Counted from the stretch's first letter, positions 46,640 through 54,906 are shown. The stretch is DNA of 64,000 nt from a virus (IMGVR_UViG_3300033463_000003); one strand, 5' to 3'. Notes: generated by a model from the letters alone, not told the origin. A program made the numbers and translations.

Positions 46640-47533
46640 ATGGCAAATGAACTTTTTGTGCAGTCAAGAACTTATGCACAGCTATTAAAACAGAATAAGG
46701 GCATTGACTATTCCACTTGTAATGTAGATACATTAGCAGATGGTTATTGTGATGCAACAGATGCTGGAGATGAATATGAAAGAACATTATTTATTTCCGG
46801 ACTTGTTTTACGTTTTTGGTTTGCAGTAAAGAAGATGCAAGAGAAGTCACCGAATTTAGGATATGATCAAGACGAATTCGCTGACTGGCTTTATGAAGCA
46901 CTAGAATATGCATGTAAATACAGAGCATGGCGCGATCCTGATAAAAAAGTAAATGCGCAACAGGCAATAAATCAATGTATTGAAACTATCAGGCTCCAGC
47001 ATTATTATCAGCTAAATTTACAAAAACATAAAACTAATTTTAGCACTATTTCACTTGATACTCCTGTCGCAGGAACAGATGAAGAATCATTAACTTTATT
47101 TGACCAAACAGAAGATGAACAAGCAGAACAAGATATGAAAGAAACTAAAGGTGCACTTACAGCTCGTGCGATCGTGCAAGCTTTTATCGATAAGAAAGAT
47201 TTAGTGGGTGCAGTTATATCGGACCTCATCGCGTTCAATGATTTCAATAAAGAAATTAAGACAACTAATAAATTTATTGATGATGAAACTGGTGAAGAAT
47301 GCAAAACTACTAACTACAGTTATGAGTTTTGGCCATTCAAAGCAGTTCAAGCAATGAAGGAACTTCCAAATGATTATGCAGAGTATTTTATTGAAAACTA
47401 CAATGTTAAACCAGAAGCTATTATTGCAGTAATAGAGGCCATTAGACGCGCGAATAGTGCTAAACTATATAAATACTTAAGAGACTTTTTAAGTAAGGCT
47501 AAAACTACGTTTAAATATCAGGAGGCTTGTTAA
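46640..47533 (+). CDS. Putative phage sigma-factor-like protein
   Basis: Region-2-like DQDEFADWLYEALEYACKY and region-3-like TISLDTPVAGTDEESLTLFDQ. Confidence 0.5.
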   Translation: MANELFVQSRTYAQLLKQNKGIDYSTCNVDTLADGYCDATDAGDEYERTLFISGLVLRFWFAVKKMQEKSPNLGYDQDEFADWLYEALEYACKYRAWRDPDKKVNAQQAINQCIETIRLQHYYQLNLQKHKTNFSTISLDTPVAGTDEESLTLFDQTEDEQAEQDMKETKGALTARAIVQAFIDKKDLVGAVISDLIAFNDFNKEIKTTNKFIDDETGEECKTTNYSYEFWPFKAVQAMKELPNDYAEYFIENYNVKPEAIIAVIEAIRRANSAKLYKYLRDFLSKAKTTFKYQEAC

Positions 47534-48246
47534 TGAACTTAGATATTTTATCAATTCGAAACTGTACGTTGAACATAAATGAGAAGCTTATTCAGATGAT
47601 CGGTTTGGATACCGCAGCTTACTTAACAGTGGTTTTAGACGCACTTCATCAGGCTGTAAAAAAGAACAAAGTTAATGATGAAGGCTTTTTCAAACTCGAC
47701 AGAAAGTATGCAACTGAAAGAACAGGCTTATCAACTACAGAACAGAAGCATTGTGATGAAAGACTCATGGCTCTCAACCTAATGAAGCGTGATCCAGAAG
47801 CACTAAATTCGTTATCTGTCGATGTTGGAGCTGTTGTACAGTTCATTCAACAGGATGATGCGAAATTCATTGATCAAGTTAAGTTAACTTTAGCAAAAAC
47901 TAAAAAAGTAGAAGCTGAAGAATATAAAAGAGAACAAATTATTAGAATTGCGAAGGCACAGGTGAAAACAACCGATTTTGAAATTCGTCAATCTATTTTC
48001 GATTGGATAGAAGCGATGGATGGAACTCTAAAGAAAGCACAAGTTGGTTTGGTTGAAGACGCAGTTGATAATTATTCTAAAGATAAACAAACAAGAATTA
48101 AAATTTTTCAAATCTTAGCAATTAACAACTGGCGCGACCCGCAGTGGGCAATTCAAAGATACGAAAGAGACTACAAACCTAAAGGTTTAGGGGAACAAAA
48201 GACAGCAACCTCTCTCGCAGACGTTAATATGAGAAAGGCATTCTAA
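47533..48246 (+). CDS. Putative replication initiator (N-terminal winged helix)
   Basis: LIQMIGLDTAAYL..GFF..ERTGLSTTEQ pattern of phage initiators. Confidence 0.55.
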   Translation: MNLDILSIRNCTLNINEKLIQMIGLDTAAYLTVVLDALHQAVKKNKVNDEGFFKLDRKYATERTGLSTTEQKHCDERLMALNLMKRDPEALNSLSVDVGAVVQFIQQDDAKFIDQVKLTLAKTKKVEAEEYKREQIIRIAKAQVKTTDFEIRQSIFDWIEAMDGTLKKAQVGLVEDAVDNYSKDKQTRIKIFQILAINNWRDPQWAIQRYERDYKPKGLGEQKTATSLADVNMRKAF

Positions 48247-48249
48247 ATT

Positions 48250-48528
48250 ATGATAAATAAAAATTATTTAGTTGATTATTTATCCAACTCGCGAGAATAT
48301 GATAATTTGGAAAAGAGAATTATTGAATTAGAAGATGCAATTCAAACATGCGATGATTGCATCGAGGCTCTCGAAAATTCCAGTAAAGATTTCACAAATA
48401 GTTTGGATAATCTTGCAAGACAAAGAAACTTACTTAACTTGGAAAGAATTGAACTTGCAATTAGAAAAAATAAGATCGAAAAAGATATGTTATTGTTCGA
48501 AATAGACCAGAGCACAACATCTGAATAA
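48250..48528 (+). CDS. Coiled-coil hypothetical protein
   Basis: Operon spacing; terminator at 48544-48575. Confidence 0.6.
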   Translation: MINKNYLVDYLSNSREYDNLEKRIIELEDAIQTCDDCIEALENSSKDFTNSLDNLARQRNLLNLERIELAIRKNKIEKDMLLFEIDQSTTSE

Positions 48529-48766
48529 ATTAGACCTTCCTTCAAGCTCAGCAGAATATCACTGTTGAGCTTTTTATTTTGCGTACAGTACGATGTACAG
48601 TACGTACAGTACAGCTACAGTACTTCCTGAAATTCCACTAATAAGTAGTTTATTGGGTCACCATAAATTCGATGTTGATGTGTGTGGTTTGTGGAAATAA
48701 AAATTAACAACTAACTATTTACATTTAGGGTCAGTTGTGTTATAATAATAATGTGAGGTAAATAAT

Positions 48767-48940
48767 ATGAGTTCAATTGTTAAAAAGTTAATTCAAGAGA
48801 CGTGGGTCGACTACTTCTCCGGAAACAAAGAAGAAATCTTAAAACAAGTTGATAAAGAAGCATTGGAAGAATATCAAAGTGCAATGTTGAGACTTGAAAC
48901 TGATTTTGATTTTCAAAGAGAGTTAGGAATTGGAAACTAA
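48767..48940 (+). CDS. Early hypothetical protein, 57 aa (not in track)
   Basis: Promoter 48718 plus SD GAGGT. Confidence 0.6.
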   Translation: MSSIVKKLIQETWVDYFSGNKEEILKQVDKEALEEYQSAMLRLETDFDFQRELGIGN

Positions 48941-48941
48941 T

Positions 48942-49319
48942 ATGCCTATTGATTATAATGATTGGAAAGAGTTTGTTCAAGGCAAATTAAATTGTAAGGT
49001 AAAACAAGAAGATAAAGTTCGAACTTGTATAAGGCTTGATACTCAAACTTTAATTAACTCATTAGACGGGGAGTCAAAACAGTACGTTTTGGACGTTGCA
49101 AAAGGGCAGGCAGAGAAGTATGGAAATCTAAATGTCTGGTCTGCGGTAATTTATGACTATCATGTTGAAATAAATATGGGTGAATGGTTTATTGCTGTTT
49201 ACTTTAGTCCAGAAACTCATAATGCAACTAACTGGGTTGGAAATGCAAGAGGTTCAAAGTTTGAACTACAACTTCTACAAATTGCAAAAGAACTTCATCA
49301 ACAACTTCAAGATTTATAA
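48942..49319 (+). CDS. Early hypothetical protein
   Basis: Coupled to previous gene; terminator follows. Confidence 0.65.
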   Translation: MPIDYNDWKEFVQGKLNCKVKQEDKVRTCIRLDTQTLINSLDGESKQYVLDVAKGQAEKYGNLNVWSAVIYDYHVEINMGEWFIAVYFSPETHNATNWVGNARGSKFELQLLQIAKELHQQLQDL

Positions 49320-49344
49320 GAACTGAAACTTCAGTTCTTTTTTT

Positions 49345-49715
49345 TATTCCAATAAAAATTCGATCCGCCGAAATTGATGAATCTGGCAGAAAGTCAAATC
49401 CAACTAAATTAGTGAAATTGTACTATCTTCGTTCCTGATCAGATTTTGAGGTGACAAGTCTGATGAAGAGTTCGGTAAGACTGATGATTGTACAGATGAA
49501 TTCCGATGTTGTACAGATGAAAAAGCTTTTTAGTGGTTTTTTAGCCTGATGCATGTACGATGCGCAGCGTACTGCAGAGCGAACTGCGCAGACGATTCCG
49601 ATCCTGTAACAGGATCTGCGCAGATGAATTAGAATCGTTTAGTAGTTAGTGGTTTTAACTTCACCTCCACATGAATTCGGAAATTTTTCGTGGCATATTG
49701 GTTTAGTCGAAAAAA
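49345..49715. repeat. Non-coding palindrome-rich island with three TTAGTG-core motifs
   Basis: Cores at 49409, 49530, 49646. Confidence 0.65.
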
Positions 49716-49781
49716 AGTTAATTTGGTTATTTACAAATTAAGACTAATATGGTATAATATAATAAAGAGAGGAAAAGAAAT

Positions 49782-50225
49782 ATGAAACCAAAAAGAACTG
49801 CAATTACAAATTATTATGATTGTTATGAAGTCGGTTATATTAAATTAGGTTGCGTTGGTAATGGTAATCCAGACCATCAAGATAGAACAGTTATTACCAG
49901 AACATTAAATCTTGGTGGTGTTCAAAGACTTGCTAATGTCTACGGAATTAAATTTGTAAACAATGATGATATTTACGCAACTGGTTATTATATAAAAGAA
50001 GTTGAAACAACCAAAGACCCTGATACTTTTGTAAATGAATTAGATAAACTAGATGAAGTATTTATGGAAGAAGCGGAATATAGACAAGCACTTAAACAAA
50101 TTCGTCAAATGTCAGACACACTAAATTATGGTGTATTATCTGAAGATGAGTGGAATAAGCTATCAAAAGAACTAGATGTTCTTGTTGAAAGGTCAAAAGA
50201 ATTAGACAGAAAACTTCATTATTAA
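49782..50225 (+). CDS. Early hypothetical protein
   Basis: Promoter plus SD. Confidence 0.7.
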   Translation: MKPKRTAITNYYDCYEVGYIKLGCVGNGNPDHQDRTVITRTLNLGGVQRLANVYGIKFVNNDDIYATGYYIKEVETTKDPDTFVNELDKLDEVFMEEAEYRQALKQIRQMSDTLNYGVLSEDEWNKLSKELDVLVERSKELDRKLHY

Positions 50226-50308
50226 GTTGGTAAATAAATACCAACTTTTTATTTACAAAGTCGACATTATGTGGTATAATATAAATATAAGAAAGAAGGA
50301 AACTAATT

Positions 50309-50524
50309 ATGACATTAAGAGATAGTTTGTTAAAAAAAGTTCCGGCAGATAATTATGTTAAAATTTATGACGAGGACTGGTTTGTCGCAATGTGTTATGT
50401 TGATGATGAAGATTTATTCATTAGATATATGGACGACGAATTATTAAGTCGTGAAGTTGACATTATTACAATGGTTGAAGATGGAGATTTTACAACTGAT
50501 ATTTATGATATTTATTTGAAGTAG
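50309..50524 (+). CDS. Early acidic protein
   Basis: Promoter plus SD. Confidence 0.65.
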   Translation: MTLRDSLLKKVPADNYVKIYDEDWFVAMCYVDDEDLFIRYMDDELLSREVDIITMVEDGDFTTDIYDIYLK

Positions 50525-50534
50525 GAAATAAATT

Positions 50535-50663
50535 ATGGAAATGTTAAGTAAGATTATAATTCAATTATTGGCATGCTTCATTGGTTGGCAAATTGGTAAA
50601 TTTATCGCAATTAAAATAATGATAAGAAAGGCAATGAAAGAAAACAATGAAGAAGAATTATAA
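50535..50663 (+). CDS. Small membrane protein, 42 aa (not in track)
   Basis: IIIQLLACFIGWQIGKFIAI hydrophobic segment. Confidence 0.5.
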   Translation: MEMLSKIIIQLLACFIGWQIGKFIAIKIMIRKAMKENNEEEL

Positions 50664-50787
50664 AGTTATTGTTTTGAATATGGGGGAGGAACTTGAAACT
50701 CTACATTATCATAAAACAATAAAGCAAATTAAAAAACAATATAATCTTGAGAAACTTGAGATTGTATCTATTGAAGAGATTAACTAA
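50647..50787 (+). CDS. Small hypothetical protein, 46 aa (not in track)
   Basis: Open frame ending in a terminator hairpin. Confidence 0.4.
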   Translation: MKKNYKVIVLNMGEELETLHYHKTIKQIKKQYNLEKLEIVSIEEIN

Positions 50788-51043
50788 ATTGGTTAATCTT
50801 TTTTATTTACAAAGTTGGTAAGTCGCGCTACGATGTACATGATGAATGTAGATGAAAGCTTTTAATTCCACTAAAAGAAAGTTAAGCTAATATATCTGAT
50901 GCAGCTGTACGAGATGCTCTTGAAATTGGACTGATTTGAACTTCACAAGAAATTCGAAGAGTTGAAAAAAAGTTAATTTGGCTATTTACAAGTTGGGGTA
51001 AATATGGTATAATATAATAAAGAGAAGAGAGGAAATAAAATTT

Positions 51044-51370
51044 ATGAAATTTAGAAACTATCATCAAGTCTTAAAAGCAAGAGGTTATAAGGTAAGGGAG
51101 TTGTCAAAGTATCAAGGTTTAAATGTATTCGAGAAAGAACATTTATATAATAAGATAGTTTGCACAATTATGAAAGATAGTCACGGCAAGGGGCAAACAA
51201 TAACTTTCAATATCTACAATACTCTTAGAACTCCAAAGAATATGATTGAGTTTGGAGACGCCGAATTTGATAGAAGTTATCTTGTTAAAGAGGCTAAAGT
51301 TATTGTTGAGGCTTTTGAGAAACTAAGAGAGATGAAAGCACCTGTAAAATATATTTATTGTTTCAATTAA
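51044..51370 (+). CDS. Early hypothetical protein
   Basis: Promoter plus SD. Confidence 0.7.
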   Translation: MKFRNYHQVLKARGYKVRELSKYQGLNVFEKEHLYNKIVCTIMKDSHGKGQTITFNIYNTLRTPKNMIEFGDAEFDRSYLVKEAKVIVEAFEKLREMKAPVKYIYCFN

Positions 51371-51399
51371 GGTTAGATGAAAATCTAATCTTTTTTTAT

Positions 51400-51855
51400 T
51401 TACATTTGTCTAAGAATATGCTATCATGTACATGATGAAGCTGGATCACAGCTTCTTTTTTCACTAAAGAGAAGTCATAGCTTCACAGACTGATCAGCTG
51501 AACAGACTGTAGAAGTCGAACTTGAGCAGTCGAACTGATCTGATGAATTCAGATGAAAGCTTTTGTGAAGCTAAATTAGTGGTTTTAACTTCAGATGCAT
51601 GTACGATTGTACGATGTTGTAGAACTGTAACTCACAGATTGTAACTGTTACAGTCACAGCTGTACAGATCAGATGCGTAGATGCAGAAGCTAATTAGTGG
51701 TTTTTATACAAGCTACATGTACGATGTAGATGTACATGAATACAGTTCGAGAGCATGACTACAGATACTGTTACAGCTACAGTGCGATGTAGATGTAGAT
51801 GAAGCTAATTAGTGAAACATTGGATAAGCAGATCAGATTCTTGAGATGCTCGTGA
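51400..51855. repeat. Non-coding palindrome-rich island with GAAGCTAA(A)TTAGTG repeats
   Basis: Cores at 51576, 51694, 51809; inverted half-site at 51462. Confidence 0.7.
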
Positions 51856-51942
51856 TAATAAAATAAAAAATATTTCAACTTGCTATTTACAAATAATTAA
51901 AAACATGTTATAATATATATAGAAAGTGAGGTAAGACAAATT

Positions 51943-52218
51943 ATGAATCTTACAAAAGTTAATGGTTGTTATTCTAAAGAACTAAGAGAAGCAACAACTG
52001 ATATTAAATTATTATTAAAAGAAAGAACAGTCGACGTTGAGACAATGAGAGAGTTTGTTAATACTATCATTGAGCCGGCATTTATAGAAGCAAAAGCCAA
52101 AGCAAGATTTAAAGAAAATCTAAATGCCTGTCAAACAAAAGAAGAGATTGATAATCTTTGTTATATGGCAGTCATTCATGGAATGTATTATACTCCACAT
52201 AAAAAAGTTAATTGTTAA
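51943..52218 (+). CDS. Early hypothetical protein
   Basis: Promoter plus SD. Confidence 0.7.
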   Translation: MNLTKVNGCYSKELREATTDIKLLLKERTVDVETMREFVNTIIEPAFIEAKAKARFKENLNACQTKEEIDNLCYMAVIHGMYYTPHKKVNC

Positions 52219-52812
52219 TGTTCCATATAGTTTCTCTTTTTGCGGGAAGTCGAAGAACTAAAAACTCTTCGGCTTTTTCTTTTGTCCAATTAGAAGTCGA
52301 GCTTCTCGTTTGTGATCAGCGCGTGAGAATCTAAGAAGCTAATTAGTGGTTTTAGTTTAAGCTGTACAATCTGATACTGTACGTGGATCGAAATTCTGCC
52401 TCGCGACTAATTAGTATGTAGAAGTAAAAGACAGATACTATATATGTAGCAGATCGAAGTTGGATAATATATAGATAAATTTAGTAATATATATGTTTAC
52501 ATGCATGTAAGTTATAGCATAAAAGTAGCTAAATGTAAAGAGTAATATTGGTATATAGATAGTATATATGGGTCTAGATATAGTATATATTAGGCTAGAT
52601 CATAGCTATTTTGGGCTATAAAAAAGGCACTAAAAAAGCCCATAATCTGGCGTAGGGGCGGGGCTAATTTTGGCACCCTTAGCGTTTGTCCTAGAGAGCA
52701 ATATTTTTTCGTACGTACGCGCGCACACGCCTATACGCATAAAAAGAAGAGCAGCAAAATGAGCTGCAAAAAATTATTGTCTTTACTGTATAATATATAA
52801 GAGGTTTAAAGT

Positions 52813-52968
52813 ATGAAAAAATTTGGTGTTAATTGTACTACTGGACTACATAAAGATGATATTTTTAAATATGATGACCAATGGTACCGTATTGTAAGAG
52901 TAAGTGCAAAAGAAAAATCAGTTACTTGTGTTAAAATTAAAGAGCCTACTGATATAGTAAAAGACTAA
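52813..52968 (+). CDS. Hypothetical protein, 51 aa (not in track)
   Basis: TGTATAAT promoter plus SD GAGG. Confidence 0.55.
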   Translation: MKKFGVNCTTGLHKDDIFKYDDQWYRIVRVSAKEKSVTCVKIKEPTDIVKD

Positions 52969-52983
52969 GGTGGAATAGCTATA

Positions 52984-53229
52984 ATGAAAAAGAAAAATAG
53001 TAAATTAAAATTAACTTTAAAAGACTTATCAAACAAAGAAAAAGTTATTGCCTACTTAGATGAACATTATACTAAAGGAGATATTTTTGAAATTCTTTGT
53101 GATGCAGAATTAGTTATTGACTGTGAAATTCCATGGAGAACTACAAAAATGGAATTAATTGAACCATACTGGGAAGAATTAGCAGATATACTTATTGTGA
53201 GTAATGGTGAGGTAAATTTAGATGAGTAA
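52984..53229 (+). CDS. Hypothetical protein
   Basis: Operon spacing, SD. Confidence 0.65.
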   Translation: MKKKNSKLKLTLKDLSNKEKVIAYLDEHYTKGDIFEILCDAELVIDCEIPWRTTKMELIEPYWEELADILIVSNGEVNLDE

Positions 53230-53548
53230 AGACAGAGAAGCTTTTTATAGAATATGCCAACGCTGTACTAGTAATCCTTTTGACGAAGAATACTATACTA
53301 TTACTGATGATATGCCAGAAGAAGTAGAGATAGTTGAACAAGCACTTATTAAAGCAGAAATAGAACATAAAGCCCTTGAAATAATTAATGACAAAGAAGT
53401 TAATATGTATATGCTTAAATGGTATTTTAAGTATTCTAGTTATGAACAATATGTTAAAGATTTTAATAACCCAGACTATGATGACCCTACTTTAGGTGAA
53501 GAGCTATTAACTGAAGAAGAATATAATTTATTAAAGGAGATTTTCTAA
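53222..53548 (+). CDS. Hypothetical protein; C-terminus resembles that of 54938
   Basis: YEQY..LTEEEYNLLKE vs YEEY..LTEFVFEALKN. Confidence 0.65.
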   Translation: MSKDREAFYRICQRCTSNPFDEEYYTITDDMPEEVEIVEQALIKAEIEHKALEIINDKEVNMYMLKWYFKYSSYEQYVKDFNNPDYDDPTLGEELLTEEEYNLLKEIF

Positions 53549-53550
53549 TT

Positions 53551-53862
53551 ATGCCACATTATTGCTTTAAACAACCAAATAACAAATATACAGTTTGGTC
53601 CACTATTGTAGATGCTCCTATCTTAGTTAATGCTTCTAAGAGTTATGTCTGGAAGTATGAAAATATTAGAGATGAACTTGAGTGGAGAAACTGGGTTAAA
53701 GAAAGTTTAGATATTGCTCTTGATGAAGGCGACATAGAATGTTGCTTATATAATGGTAATATGAGTAAAGAAGAACTACTTAAATATTTTAAAGAAATTA
53801 AATACTCAGGTCCTTTATATACATATGCTAAAGACTGGGTTAGAGAAGAAGAGGAAGAATAA
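53551..53862 (+). CDS. Hypothetical protein
   Basis: SD AAGGAG; KQPNNKYTVWSTIVDAP. Confidence 0.7.
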   Translation: MPHYCFKQPNNKYTVWSTIVDAPILVNASKSYVWKYENIRDELEWRNWVKESLDIALDEGDIECCLYNGNMSKEELLKYFKEIKYSGPLYTYAKDWVREEEEE

Positions 53863-53864
53863 TT

Positions 53865-54134
53865 ATGTCATTTGATCAATTTATTTTTACTTGCATACTA
53901 AGGTTAGTAAAACAATCAAGAAAACTTACAGAAGATAAACTTTATTTTCAATATACTTATTATCCGGATTTACCATTATCTGGGAGTAGCTATAAGTGTC
54001 AAGTAAAGGGAACTAAGATTAAAATATATATTACACCTAATGAAGAAGTTTGTCAATATTATAATAAAGATGACCGCTTTATAAATCTTGGGTCTCTTAG
54101 TGAATGTTTAAATAAGTTTGTTGAGGAGCTTTAA
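53865..54134 (+). CDS. Hypothetical protein
   Basis: Operon spacing. Confidence 0.6.
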   Translation: MSFDQFIFTCILRLVKQSRKLTEDKLYFQYTYYPDLPLSGSSYKCQVKGTKIKIYITPNEEVCQYYNKDDRFINLGSLSECLNKFVEEL

Positions 54135-54135
54135 T

Positions 54136-54387
54136 ATGATAGAATATACATTAGATTCATTAGTTCACTTATATGATAGTTTAAATAATCAAATTGAAAT
54201 ACTTAGAAATGATTTAAGTGAATTTAATAAAATTGGTACTAGCCAAAATCTTACTGATGAATATAGAGCTGAAATAGAAGAAGCTCGTAAAAGAATTGAG
54301 AAAAGATTTGAAAAGCTTACTGATATGAGAGATGCAACTGAAAGACTACTTCATACTCTCTTAAATGAGGAGCTTAAAGGACTTTAA
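54136..54387 (+). CDS. Coiled-coil hypothetical protein
   Basis: SD GAGGAG. Confidence 0.65.
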   Translation: MIEYTLDSLVHLYDSLNNQIEILRNDLSEFNKIGTSQNLTDEYRAEIEEARKRIEKRFEKLTDMRDATERLLHTLLNEELKGL

Positions 54388-54390
54388 TAT

Positions 54391-54906
54391 ATGCCAACTA
54401 AATTATTTACTAATGCCCTTGAGGCAGGCGCAGATCTAAGTTGTTTTCATGCTCCTGATAGAAAGTGGAAGAACTATTACTTTGAAGATAAAGAGCAAGA
54501 TTTATTATTCTTAGTTCCTACATTTCTTTTTTATGGAATTATAGTTGTTAATTTATCTTGGGCGAGACAAGCAACCTTCACAACTAAAGATGGGGCTATT
54601 CATAAATTTAAAGATTATGCTTGGAATATGTCTTCTAATATAAGAAAGTCTAGCTATCCTAAAGCTGCTGTTATAGATAGAACTGCAAAATGTGGTAGAA
54701 AAACTATCTTGCTTGACTTACTTGTCTTAAACCGTCTGTATCAAGAAACTAGCGATGGTGATAGATTTGCCGCTAATCATCTTAATGGCAATAAGCTTGA
54801 CTGTAGACTTTGTAATTTATCTTATGGCATATTAAAAGAAAATAATGATAGTAGATATTCTAAAAAAGTCCCAGAAGTTAAGTATCCTTGTAAAATCTGG
54901 TGGTAG
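54391..54906 (+). CDS. HNH-motif endonuclease-like protein
   Basis: ANHLNGNKLDCRLCNL. Confidence 0.6.
   Translation: MPTKLFTNALEAGADLSCFHAPDRKWKNYYFEDKEQDLLFLVPTFLFYGIIVVNLSWARQATFTTKDGAIHKFKDYAWNMSSNIRKSSYPKAAVIDRTAKCGRKTILLDLLVLNRLYQETSDGDRFAANHLNGNKLDCRLCNLSYGILKENNDSRYSKKVPEVKYPCKIWW

Larger units (their letters stand above)
37463..51915 (+). promoter_or_regulatory. Array of sigmaA-type early promoters TTTACA-N17-TATAAT
   Basis: -35 boxes at 37473, 37905, 38342, 39194, 40136, 40447, 41072, 41980, 42560, 43750, 44178, 44710, 45281, 46267, 48718, 49730, 50252, 50985, 51886 (also 27230, 30907, 32906), mostly with A-rich UP element and extended -10. Confidence 0.85.

Noticed and set aside
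51560-51820. CRISPR array
   Set aside because: Repeats are short and degenerate, spacers about 100 bp and made of shared low-complexity words; no cas genes seen
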